DNA of 64,000 nt, from the NCBI RefSeq assembly GCF_008831285.2, contig NC_045138.2:26288001-26352000 (forward strand), in the 5' to 3' direction. Positions 24,801 through 39,591 of the stretch are shown one piece after another. This DNA is from Nymphaea colorata. Its lineage: Eukaryota. Numbering within the stretch: the stretch's first letter is position 1; each line of letters begins with the position of its first letter. The notes beneath the pieces are model-generated. The model was given only the letters and a program-made list of their open reading frames with translations, made no database searches and had not been told where the DNA came from. A program made the translations under genes and the position numbers.

Positions 24801-26520
24801 CTACAATATCCATATATTTTTCATTGGTAAAAGTTATAAATGAATTATGATCAAATTACTAATGATGAATGATATGGTATTTACACCTAGCAAAGCATTT
24901 CTTTTTTCTTGTACAAGGCCACGACTAAATGATACCTTCCCCAATGACAACGTGCTGTTCAAAAACCTCTACCCCATCATAATTGGTGGAAAACCATATA
25001 ATTGAAAAAAGAAAGAGAAAAATTGCTGAACCTTTATATGTTCACAGAGTGAAAGTATATGCCGAAGCATGCAATTGTCATTCCAGAGAAAACAAAAGGA
25101 ACACACAAAAATAATCACAGGGATCAACTTTATAACTTCATTAACAAGTCTATACTCCCAGCTAGGCTATAAAATTTACATATAGGAGAGTGGGCATAGA
25201 ATCACATGGGAAAAAAATTAGTCAGTGACATTTAAGTCTGCAAAGAAGCTTATAAACTTCAGGCATCAAGTGCAAGAACAGAAGAAATATTCATGAATGG
25301 TTTTCTCTAGACAGAAAATAAATCAGAATAAAAATGGCCACATACCGTTAAAAGAGGTTTGCCTTTAGGTCTTTGCAATAAGGCTTGATGTAGTTTCTCT
25401 GCTCCATATACCTAAGCTCAAACAAGAAGATTGGTTAACAATTAGCACAGAAAATAAGAAGCGCAACAAACCAGGCAACACAAAATACATACTCGGATGT
25501 GGTTGAACCCATGCATGAAGACATGACATGCATTTCCAATAATAGGAACAGCCACTGAACGAAGCATGCGCATGATGATTGACTCGTCCATTTCACTAAA
25601 TTCCTCACTGACAGCAACTGCATTAGAACAAAGAATTAAAGTCAGAAAATTATGCCAATTTGAGATCTTTGTGATGATTATATCCGACTTACCTCATCCT
25701 TCTTAAAATGATCATCATGTTTTGATATCTCCGATTTTACATCAAATTATCACCTGTTTTCGACTTTTACCCTCAGTCTCCGTGTTTCATCATCTCACTA
25801 CGCCAATTATACAAGGCAGTAAGGTGAATCTTCGCGGTACTTTTAACAATTTTACTACCAGATTTTCAAGAAAAGCAAGTGACCTACTTTATATTCTTAT
25901 GTTTTCTCCCTTATCTAAGGAACTTCCTTAGATAGGTGCCAATAGAAAAAAGAAAAAACATATGGCTCATCAACCTTTGTCTGCTACAAAATAGTAAAAT
26001 TGAAATGGAATAGCGACGCCCTCATCGTGTTTCTAACACAAAACGTTCCTACCAGATAAATTGTGAAATATCGGTTTAGCGGGTTACAATCACTTAATAG
26101 AGTTGTTGAATCTACGGAACCGATAAAAGGAAACCGCGAAACAACAGGAACCAACATCGATACAGGGCTAGAAAGCAACGAAAAAAAAATTCTTGAAACG
26201 AAAGCACAACTTATCTCAAGATATAGAATGATCATTCCAACATGCTTGACTAAGGTAACAACGGACTCACCACGACGACGGCAACGGATTGCCAAATGAG
26301 AAGAAGGCTTCGCAAAAAGAACGGGAATCCGCGACACCCATCTCCTGAGGATGGTGGAATATGAGGAATAATCATGATCATGGCGGTGATCGACAAGCCA
26401 CCGCCGATGCCTCTGGCGATCGACCACAACACGGAAACGGTTCCTCATCCTCAGTTGCAGCGATTTCAAGTTGGCTGCCCAAGCCCTTCCCTCCTCTGCC
26501 ATATCAGTCGAAGTCATCAT
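21868..26520 (-). CDS. Tafazzin-like phospholipid/glycerol acyltransferase (PlsC family), ~467 aa, 7 exons
   Basis: Exons 26520-26271, 25617-25493, 25411-25346, 24596-24399, 23317-23199, 22620-22515 and 22407-21868 are all GT-AG and phase-consistent. Catalytic NHx4D motif (VSNHVASIDDP), RWTLCATDRCF and WVHIFPEGTRS. Resembles Arabidopsis At3g05510 as recalled. Confidence 0.9.
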
Positions 26521-26854
26521 CAATCGACGATGATACGAGTGTGAAACTTTTCTTCAATGGGAAGCAACAGTTCCTCCCTATCCTCCTCTGAAGCTGCTGA
26601 GATCAAACCACCCTTTGGAGCTCTCAATGGATGGCGCCGATGGAGAAAGGAAAACAAAATCCCGGATGATGATCTTGTAGGAATTATCTGAAATGGCCGC
26701 CTCCTCTACAAGAGCCTACCGCGCCGGAACCAAAACAACATGAAAGAGGGGGAAAGAATAAGAGAGAGAGAGAGAAAATGGGTGTCCTAGGAGATATCTA
26801 TTCAGGACGGTGTCATGGAACTCATCATCATATATTTCATTGTGGGCAGTGTGT

Positions 26855-26942
26855 GGCCCGGGCCCGCCTGGGCTCTAGTTGTTGACCTCACCTCAACAAC
26901 GCCGACAGTCTCTCTTTCTCTTTACAAGTGGAATTAGGGTTT
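26855..26942 (-). promoter_or_regulatory. Site II-like GGCCC motifs plus telo-box upstream of the tafazzin-like gene
   Basis: tggcccgggcccg at ~26854-26866 and ttagggttt (AAACCCTAA on the minus strand) at 26934-26942, 330-420 bp upstream of the ATG. Confidence 0.45.
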
Positions 26943-27726
26943 ATCCCAGAAGGTCTTGACCAACCAGGCCGGTTGCTAGGTTGGGTGTCATAGACATCAA
27001 TCTTTTTCTGGGCAGATAATTTTTTTGGTTAATGGAAGTAGAGCCGCATCTATGTCATTTCAAATTTTCAATTCAAGATCATGGTATCACGGAGCAGGTT
27101 GTAATTTTTGTTACAGAGAAGACAATAAGTACAGCCACACATAAATACCTGTTCTTAAAGAACCAATTTATTTTTCTAAATAAATATACTTTGTTAGAAA
27201 AAATAAAACCAAGACTCTCTCTCTCTCTATCTCTCTCATACCAAGTAAATAAGTTACCAGTGATAAGAAAAAGGAATAAAACCTCAAGCAGCTTTTGTTT
27301 CATTAACATGAGAAACGAAAAACATTGGCTGCAAATTTCGTTCAATATTATCTTCTACCATGAAACCATTTTGGCGTTTCTAAATACTAATTCCCATTTC
27401 TGTTATATAGTCTTTAAACTATTCCAACTTGGATGTTGAACAATGGCAACTATTATATTATATTCTCATATAACAGCTCCTCATAGTGGATATGCTAACT
27501 TATTTAAACAATGTTTGTCTTGTTTTTGATTTTTTTTTTATCTACCTATATATTTTAAAGTTCATCATTATCCTAACGTGTCATCATCAATTGGAGAAAG
27601 GTTGAATAATAATAGCGCTTGAAGGGCCTTCTTTCTTTGCGAGGACAAACAACCCGACTCATTATTGACCAAGAAACTAGAGCTCAATATTTTCATTGAA
27701 TCAATGAATAGACATGTTCTTGTCTT

Positions 27727-27728
<2 letters not shown>

Positions 27729-27807
<79 letters not shown>
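27729..27807. repeat. (AT)n microsatellite
   Basis: Uninterrupted AT run of ~79 bp, 3' of the lipase gene. Confidence 0.95.
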
Positions 27808-27810
<3 letters not shown>

Positions 27811-27953
27811 AGAGGGAGTACTGTTTAGGCCTTGATAAAAATTATAAGCACCAATGACTGATCAGTACTGGACGTCGGTGGAGAGCGAACTTGGTCTCTT
27901 CCGGCATTGTTGGCCGTGAAAGTAAGGACGGAGAGGGATCGATCACGGCGAGA

Positions 27954-30127
27954 TCACTGGCAGTTGTTGTTGAGGAACTCAAGGACGGGTGCATTCACTT
28001 TTGTTCCGGCATTGTAGGCCATGATGAAGTCCATGTGTGCATATTCCTCAATCAGCTGAACCGTGAGTTTGTCCTCCTGGTGATCACGCAGCTCATCAAG
28101 CAAGAGACCTACGTCTTTAACGTCCGACAGTGCATCCCTCCCTCCATAGCTGAGGAAGAGGGGGAAGTCCGCCGGGATGGCGGCGAGGTTGTACACTGGC
28201 GGCCGCAACTGGCCATAGTGCTTCAAGTTGGCAAAGATATTTCCGAAGTCATACATTGTCACATTTCCGGTCCGGACCACTGGTGTGCATAGACATTATA
28301 CATGATCAATACGAATCAAAGTCAGTTGCTAGGGGTGCACATGAGTCGAGCCGAGTTCGAGCTTAGTACTCGTAAACTTAGCATGAATGGGCAAAGAACC
28401 AGAGTTCCATAGATCGATTGAATCAAAAATTTCGTTTGATCTACAAAACTTTGAGGCAATTAAGCATTTTTGCATAAGAAAATTAGTCTTACTTTGAGCA
28501 AAATGCACCACGGTCATGGTTGATGTTGCTTGAGGAGCATATTTCAGGAACAAGTCCATCGCCGTCGAATTGAGACAGCAGTTGTCTCCTGTCAAAGTGT
28601 GTTTTGTGTTGTGTTAGCTAAATCATAAACGCTTTAAACTTTAATTAGTCAAACTCATGATCAGAATCATATATTAAGTGGAAGCAGGAAATTAATTGTA
28701 TGAAAATTATTACATAAATCAACATTTCATTAACTTAGTTAATTGGGCATCCTTGCTTCAGTAAGGAATTGAATTTACACAAATCAAATGATCAGTTTTC
28801 CTGTAACTTGGCGACTACCAAAGAAGAAAACATGTAAGAGTTCACTAGAAAATTCAAGTCGCAGAAGATAAAGATTTTGGCACTTAGAAAGAGGTGCTGC
28901 AAGTAAGCATGCAAAGGCTCTGAATCTTTACCAGTTATGGCTGAGAACAAATCTCTGCAGTCCAGGCTATGAACTACACATATTTTCTCCAGCAAATGAT
29001 CTACAGTTTCACTGTTGCATCCTCGTATTCGTCAGATATATTAATTCGCAAAAGATAACTGATGGTGGCACAGCAAAGAGGAGACCAGCCTCACCTTCGA
29101 GGAACAAACTCAGAGACGCCCAACAAGTTGAGTAGCTGTGAATTCATGGCATGAAAGAGTACACGTGAGTTTCCTCAAGAAAAAAGAAGAGAGATATTCA
29201 ATTAGGACCTTAATTTCGATCCTTATGGGGTTGTTCAACAGCAGGGAATTCATAGAATACTAAAAACTAACGTTTCATGAACCTGTCCTAATCTTTCAAA
29301 CAGATTTATGGAACATGCACAAAGTGTCTCTACTACCACAAACATTTTGTGAGAGTTTCATGAATCTGATTTAAAGGTTGGGAGTAATTCATAGAATACC
29401 CATTTTAGTGTTTCATTAATCTTTTTCGATCTTTAGAACATATTCATGAAATGCTTGCAAGAGTATTCCTGCTGCCAAACAACCTCTAATTTTCTGAGAC
29501 TCACATTTCTAAACTGGCATTCAATCTAGTTTTAAACTCTAGCATTTCAGAAATAAATATGAATTCATCGTGGGCAAATTAATTCTTGCACTTAGGCAAC
29601 GTCAGTAGAGAATTTTTTTCATATCCAAGAACAAATCGACGTCCGAGCTCATTTTCAAATTAAGGACAAATATTAGCCCCTAAATGGAATTTCATAGAAA
29701 ATTTATGCATGCAAGGCCATACTTCACCACCATAGACGTTTGCGCCAAGCTGGAGCAGTCCTGTGGTGATATGGTTGAGATGAGCGATTGGAGTCAAGAG
29801 AGCGGCAGCTTTCAATTTGTCCACCAACTTATGTTGAGAAAGGGATACCAACATAGTCAAGGTGCCCTTAACATGAAGAGAAGGTGCTATAAGCCCACAA
29901 CATTCGCAATAATAAACCTTCAAGCAAGCCCAAATGTGATGCTAATTTTACCTACCAGTGAATGACCCACATAGTAAACCTTTTGTCCAGTGTGGTTGTA
30001 CACAAAATCAACGTTGGCAGCCAAATCAAAGTTTGCCAACTCCACCCATGTCCATGACCAGTAACTCTGCAAGCAGGAAAGCTTTCAATTTTGTATTCTT
30101 TATGCCTTTCGAATGATTCAAATTCTG

Positions 30128-30163
<36 letters not shown>

Positions 30164-30712
30164 AAATCTGAACTGAATTGAGTTTATCATCTCTTTGTTG
30201 GTTAGAGAGAGAGACCCGGTCGGTATCTGCAGTTAGATGGTTGTGTCCCCTACTGAACCTGGTGCCTCGTGAGTTAGCGATCCACACGTCGAACCCGCCG
30301 TCGGCCAGGGCGAATGCCAAGCTTTGCTCTGCACCGTTCATCACCCATGCCATCCCATCCTGTCCACACAATTTATCAGCCATGCATGTCCATTTAACAA
30401 TGATTAGTGTATATATATAACATACAAAGCAGGAGATAGCCTTACCATGGTGACACCATGCTGAAGCAACACCGGCCGTCCTGGTTTGTCCGGCCTATGG
30501 CGGCCGCCGTGAGGAGGTGCATGGACCCTCTGCAGGGTAAGAATGTAACCATCTCCTGTAGTCACCTGGTGTTCATTAACAAACAATTTCAGATGAGCGA
30601 GTGGTTCAATGCTACAGACTAAAAGAAGATTGGTGTCAATGATGGCAGCGATGCGTTCTTCAACTTAGATGTCACCACCTTAAGATGCAGAAATATAGCA
30701 TTTACAAGAATC

Positions 30713-30752
<40 letters not shown>

Positions 30753-31061
30753 GTTTCTTTTGTGAAATGTTTCTTTTGTTTGTCCTGCCTCCCTTGAGGA
30801 ATGTACATTTGGTATCAAAACTTTTTAACTCTCCCTCCCAACTGCTACTCAATGTTCATTGTGATCTAAGGAGAATTGAATGTGATGAGAAATCAAATGA
30901 AAGATTTTGGGAAGGAGAAGCAGGAGGAAGCAGTTAACCTTGTAGTCATGGCAGTCATAGCCGTAAGATTTGACAGTCAGACAGACGTCGGTGGTGCAAT
31001 ATGCAACCCTCAACGTCAATGACAGGAAGACAGCCAAGACTAAAGAAATCCTCCCGGCCAT
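27954..31061 (-). CDS. Secreted acid triacylglycerol lipase (LIP2/MPL1-like alpha/beta hydrolase), ~394 aa, 9 exons
   Basis: Exons 31061-30939, 30565-30446, 30359-30216, 30066-29956, 29866-29723, 29135-29095, 29011-28932, 28588-28493 and 28279-27954 join in frame. Signal peptide, VTTGDGYIL, PVLLQHG, GFDVWIANSRGT, nucleophile GHSLG (split by an intron), GGRDALSD and YAHMDF give an intact catalytic triad. Confidence 0.92.
29227..29486. mobile_element. Tourist-like MITE in lipase intron 5
   Basis: Left end ggggttgttcaacagcagggaat matches the reverse complement of the right end (gaggttgtttggcagcaggaat). Flanks are TAT and TAA. Confidence 0.6.
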
Positions 31062-32466
31062 GTCTGCCCTCTTCCTCTCCCTCTCGCTCTCTCACTCTCC
31101 CTCTCTGTGCCGCAGAGAACCCCTTTTCTTGTGTCCAAAATTTGTTAATGCTGCGAATTTAGAATGTGATCTTGTTGCACCCGTCAAAAATGGCACGGCG
31201 ATCTAACAAAAGCTTTCCATAGCGGCTCCCAATGTGCCAAAACAGTCTCTCTCTCTCCCTCTCTATTGGTTAGCTAAAAATCTGCTCAGCCATCTACAAT
31301 TACTAGCCTCATTCAATTTTTTAACAGATTTTTAGTGCGCCAACTCACTTGTAAGATTTACACCATCTTGGAAAACAGGGTTAGTTTGAAAGTTCATGTC
31401 CGATCCATTTGTCACTGTATTTTCAAGGCTGAACTGTGCAATTCCTTTCACATTCGACCTGGTTGGCTTTTCGAATCGTACATGAGAGTATTAACAGAAA
31501 CTTCGAACCTTGTGAATTCATTTTCTTGGCCAATCTTCAAGGCATCCATGAAAGGATGGCCTCTCTCTTTTGTCGTAAAGGACTTCATCCTTCAGTTGCC
31601 AAGGGAATACTAACACAAGCATCAAGTTTGTATACGACAACAAGGTGATTTACAGTCACGTGTATTTAACTGTTCATCTTCCTGGTCCTTAGACAGTTCG
31701 ACTTAAAAATAAACAACTTCAAAAGATGGAATTTATTATGGGAAAGTAAATGGCAGCTGAAGCAAGAGAGATCCATTCCTGGACAATCTTGCTTCAATCC
31801 ATATGAATTCAATTCTCATTTTTCGTCTGTTAGTTTCAGAAAACTTTGTTTTATTTGTCACTAGTATGAACATGACAAAACAATGACTTCTTTTGATTTG
31901 AAGCAAAGAAGTGGAAACATATCATATCATTTTAGTTGCTAGATTTACTTCCTCATTTGTTTTAGTTTATGCACGGAAAAGTATCAATTTTGTCGATCCA
32001 GATAAGAATGTGCTTCAATTCATGCCTAGAAACAAAGACTGAACTCTGGCATTTGTTTAGCCACTTCACGTGCCCCGTTGAACTTTAGATTAATTGGCTA
32101 TGAGATTAAAATCTAAAGAACGTGGTTGCCTGAGTTCTCACGTTTGAAGTTGTTAGACTCTAATTTTCCGGCCGTCCTGAGCTGGTCGAAATGATAGAAT
32201 TGCTCATCATATGACATCTCCGGTTTTCATAACAAAATTTCTAAGAAACGGATACAACATCAATGTAGTTCAGATTCAGAATGGAGTTTACAATTTGAAT
32301 CCAAATAATGGACTGACTGCAAGCCTGAAGGATTTCCACAACTCTTCAAGTGAAAAGCATTCGACTGCCAAAAGGAGGAAGCGTGTCATGCAATCTTGAA
32401 GACGATAACCAAACTGCGCAGCAAGAGTTCACGGGCAGGCACAAGCCAAGTACCCAACAGAGTGTC

Positions 32467-32805
32467 TCATTGTTTCTTTCTTTCGTCTTTGTATGATTTC
32501 CTTCTGGACCTTCGCTCTCTGGAGCTCAGAGACGACTTCCACCGCGTTGCTCCCTCCGAGCCGTAGTCGTCGTCCTCCCCATCCAGGTCCTTGACCGATT
32601 TCTGTCATCCAACAACAAACCAGACTCTCTCTTGCAACCCTTCCATATCCATAAACAGAAGAAAAGGAAAAAAGAGACTAGTGGAGAAATCAAGAGAAAA
32701 TCATGTTACCTCTCTTAACTCGTTGAAGCTAACGGCGTAGAAGGTGAGGGCAGCAGCTCCCAAGATCCCCAAGACGGGAACAGCAATTTGAGCAGCGTCT
32801 ATCAT
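32467..32805 (-). CDS. Small single-TM uncharacterized protein, 76 aa, 2 exons (absent from the ORF track)
   Basis: Exon 1 32805-32710 ends GAG|GTAAC and exon 2 32601-32467 starts ACAG|AAA, a phase-0 join. Product: MIDAAQIAVPVLGILGAAALTFYAVSFNELREKSVKDLDGEDDDYGSEGATRWKSSLSSRERRSRRKSYKDERKKQ. An in-frame stop lies upstream of the ATG. The exons are GC-richer than their flanks. Confidence 0.8.
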
Positions 32806-33721
32806 CTTTCTTCCCCTCGTTTCCTCCTGGTTGGCCTTTCAGAGTGCGTTCACTCAGTTGCTCTGCTTTACGTTGCTGCCCAGCAAAATAGACGGAACGA
32901 CGATCCCGAAAATCTCCGTCCTCTCGGTGGGGCCTTTTTTATTCCATATCCGTCTCAAGTGCATCGCCGTCCACACGTTCGGAGATTGGCTGCACTTTCA
33001 AAATTAAAGTATTTTCTCACTCGGTTTTCTTGTACATTCTTTCTTCTTTGTTTTTTCATTCACCATTTTTTTAGGGCACTTTTACTATCAATATTTGTTT
33101 TTGATTTGTCAACTCTGCTAGGAAAATATTTTGAAACTGCAATAAAAATTATAAGTTTTCCTAGAAAAGTAGCTGATTTTACAAAATTGTTACCGTCAGT
33201 TTTTTCTTGCCTTTTGTTTACTTCGAATTACAATGACTATGATGTATGAAACGTTCATGACATGATCCTAATACCGTTCAAATAGTAATATAAAGGGTTC
33301 GAATACCTCCGGTAAAGTTTCGACTCTAGTAATATTTGTACATTAATAAATGGTACCAAGGTAAAGCGTCGATCAGGTTTCAACTCTGATGTTATTCGTA
33401 TATTCGTGGTTTCAACTCTAATGTTATTCATATATTCATGCAAGAAGTGTCTGAATCAAGTCTCAACTCCGTCACTTTGCTACCGCTTCTTCAAGTTGCT
33501 CTCGCAAAGCTTGGAGATTCGCCTTATATATATATATACGTCTATAATGAGTAGAACTTCCCTTCATATATGGTACATCGATGTACCATTAACAGTGTGG
33601 TTGTGCTCTCTCTCTCTCTCTGCCCCCATCAATTTTTTCTAATCGACAGGACCAACAGAAGGAGAATTTTTACATGTACAATTTTCATATGAAACCGTAT
33701 CTGCAATTGCCAACGAAAAAA

Positions 33722-34191
33722 CATATTTGCAATTGACTACACCCAGAAAATAAAACGAAAAATGACACAAGCACCCATATCTGAGGGAAAAAAGCAAAAC
33801 GTTGATGGTGCCCAGATATCATTCGCTAGCTTCGTGATGGTGAGGTTAGCATCAAGCTAATATCCAATTTGCATTTTATCGGAGACGTACTAAAGACAAT
33901 AACCAATTGAACAACAAATAGTTGGTCACGCTTGAAAAGACCGACTTTAGTTGCAGCATATCTGCAAATGAGTGCACCCAGAAAATAAAAGGAAAAATGA
34001 AATAAGCACCCATATCTGAGGAGAAAAAGCAAACGTTGATGGTGCCCAGATATCATTCGCTAGCTTGGTGATGGTGAGGTTAGCATCAAGCTATTATCCA
34101 ATTTGCATTTTGTCGGAAACGTACTAAAGACAATAATCAATTGAACAACAAATAGTCGGTCAAGCTTGCAGAAGATCGACTTTAGTTGCAG
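33722..34191. repeat. Tandem duplication, 2 x ~235 bp, downstream of HINT2
   Basis: 33722-33956 and 33957-34191 align end to end with scattered substitutions and small indels. Shared segments include gttgatggtgcccagatatcattcgctagctt and cgtactaaagacaataa. Confidence 0.92.
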
Positions 34192-34417
34192 ATCCATCTC
34201 TGGTACAGAGTTCACAAAGCTGCAGCCACCTAAGCTCTCTTTTTATTATAAAAAGGCAGATGGTCATAAAGCTCCAACTCGACCAAATTCAACCATAAAT
34301 CAGATATAAGAAAATGACTACCACCTAAAGAAAGAATACACATATGCCTGCTGATCATCGCTACTATGAAAGTTTTACTACAAGAGGAAAGTTAAATCTA
34401 CACCAACAAGACGACAA

Positions 34418-37823
<3,406 letters not shown>

Positions 37824-39591
37824 GTGTGTGACAGATGCGAAGCCCATCCCCAGAGCCTTGCTCTGTCTCCGTCCTCCCCAGACTCCAGCGAGCAATGGCA
37901 AACGCCATGTGGCCCTGTGGGTTTTGTAAACTCATAGCGCAACTCATGGTTGTGCATCGGGAAGTTAAGCCATAACACTCATTCCTCGCCACGTGGTGCA
38001 TGATTTTCACTTTCCAGGATAATCCCAGAAATGAAAATAGATGTCCAACTTAACTGGATCTTAGCTGATCACATTAAGTTTTCAAACTGGACTTGGTTGT
38101 TGTAATTTTTTAGAGACAGATCCAAGTCCTACTATCTTAAACTTTGACATAATGTGTTTGGATTGAACTTTAATGAGACATGGGGCTCAAATATAAACTC
38201 AGATGCAAAACCACATAGGGCATCTGAATAAAATTCAATGGAGGATTTTGCAATTTGATTCGTTTTATTAAATCCAACAAATGAAAAGCAGATTCAGTTG
38301 TACAAGGCAATCACAAAACTGAATGAGCTTGTAAGATGTATCTTGTGGGTGACGTTTTAAACAATAAGGGTCCTGTAAAATTGTGGTTATCTCAGATTAT
38401 TCTATGTAATCACATTCAAATTCGGATTCGTCTAGTTATAAGATCTGGCAATTACAGTTAATGAAGTTGGCTTTTTATTGGGCATCAAGCAGATACCGGA
38501 CTCGCATTCTAATTCAATTATGAAAGTATGTATCCAATTTGAATTGAATTGGCAATCAAATCTAAACTTCTTTACCAGGTCGGTTGTGATAGGTGGCCCT
38601 CTTCAAAGCATACCCATTTTCTAAGGTTCCAAAACAACAATTGGATGGAGAGAATGATCACTGTGTGAGCAACATACTGTTTGGGTAAATGGAGAATTCT
38701 TTGTTTTTTCACATTGAAATGATCTGTTTTATCATAAGTGGATTAGGTTGAGCATGGATCGATGAGTTTTCTTGGAATCTATTTCTTTAAATATTGATGG
38801 CACAAGCTAAACTTGTTTATCTGGATCTGTTTATGAGGCTGAGCTCTTTTGGGTCAATGTGAAACGAGCCTACCTTGAACATATGCTGGGCTTGTTCGGC
38901 TCAGTTACCAGCCAGAGGGAAGACAAACAAGTTCCATAAATAACTGCTGCTTGTGCTTTTAAAAACACATTCACATACACGGTAGATATCCACAAGCTGA
39001 GGTCAGGGAAGACCTTCACCTGGATATTGAACTCTTGACTTCCTGCAACTTAAAGGCCTTGCCAACCCCTAGCTGGATGGATACCAGAAAAAACTCTTAT
39101 TCTGATGTTGATGCCATATATCATTTCCATGTCAACCATAAAAAGGAACAGTAAAAATTTGCTAAATCGGCTTATTTCTCCTTTCTTGGGCATTTAAAAG
39201 AAAAATAACTCCTAAAAATAAATTACATTCGCTGGGCAGTGAAGCCTCATGTTTCTTGGCCCATACTTTGGATGTACCATGTTAATGTAACAAAGGATAT
39301 ATCGGATACATATATTTAGCATCACAGTAAAGGACCAGATACATGACTTATACTTTCTCTCGTTATATGATACTGTTTATTGAGATCTCTGTGGAAAATG
39401 AATTTCCAATGAACAGGTTGTAAAGTTGGTATGCATGGTGAGAATGTAACAACAATTGACTCCAGTAGGAGAGGAAGACCAGAACAACAGACTTTGTATG
39501 TTCAGCATGGCCGCAATTTCTGACATCTACCTCGTTGTCACTTCCTTGCATAACTATGAGAAGCCCCTATTTTGCAATATGGAAACACTCT

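Noticed and set aside
21868..31061. Adjacent acyltransferase and lipase as a possible lipid-remodelling gene cluster
   Set aside because: The lipase has a secretory signal peptide and tafazzin-like proteins are organellar. Two neighbours are not evidence of a cluster without synteny or co-expression.
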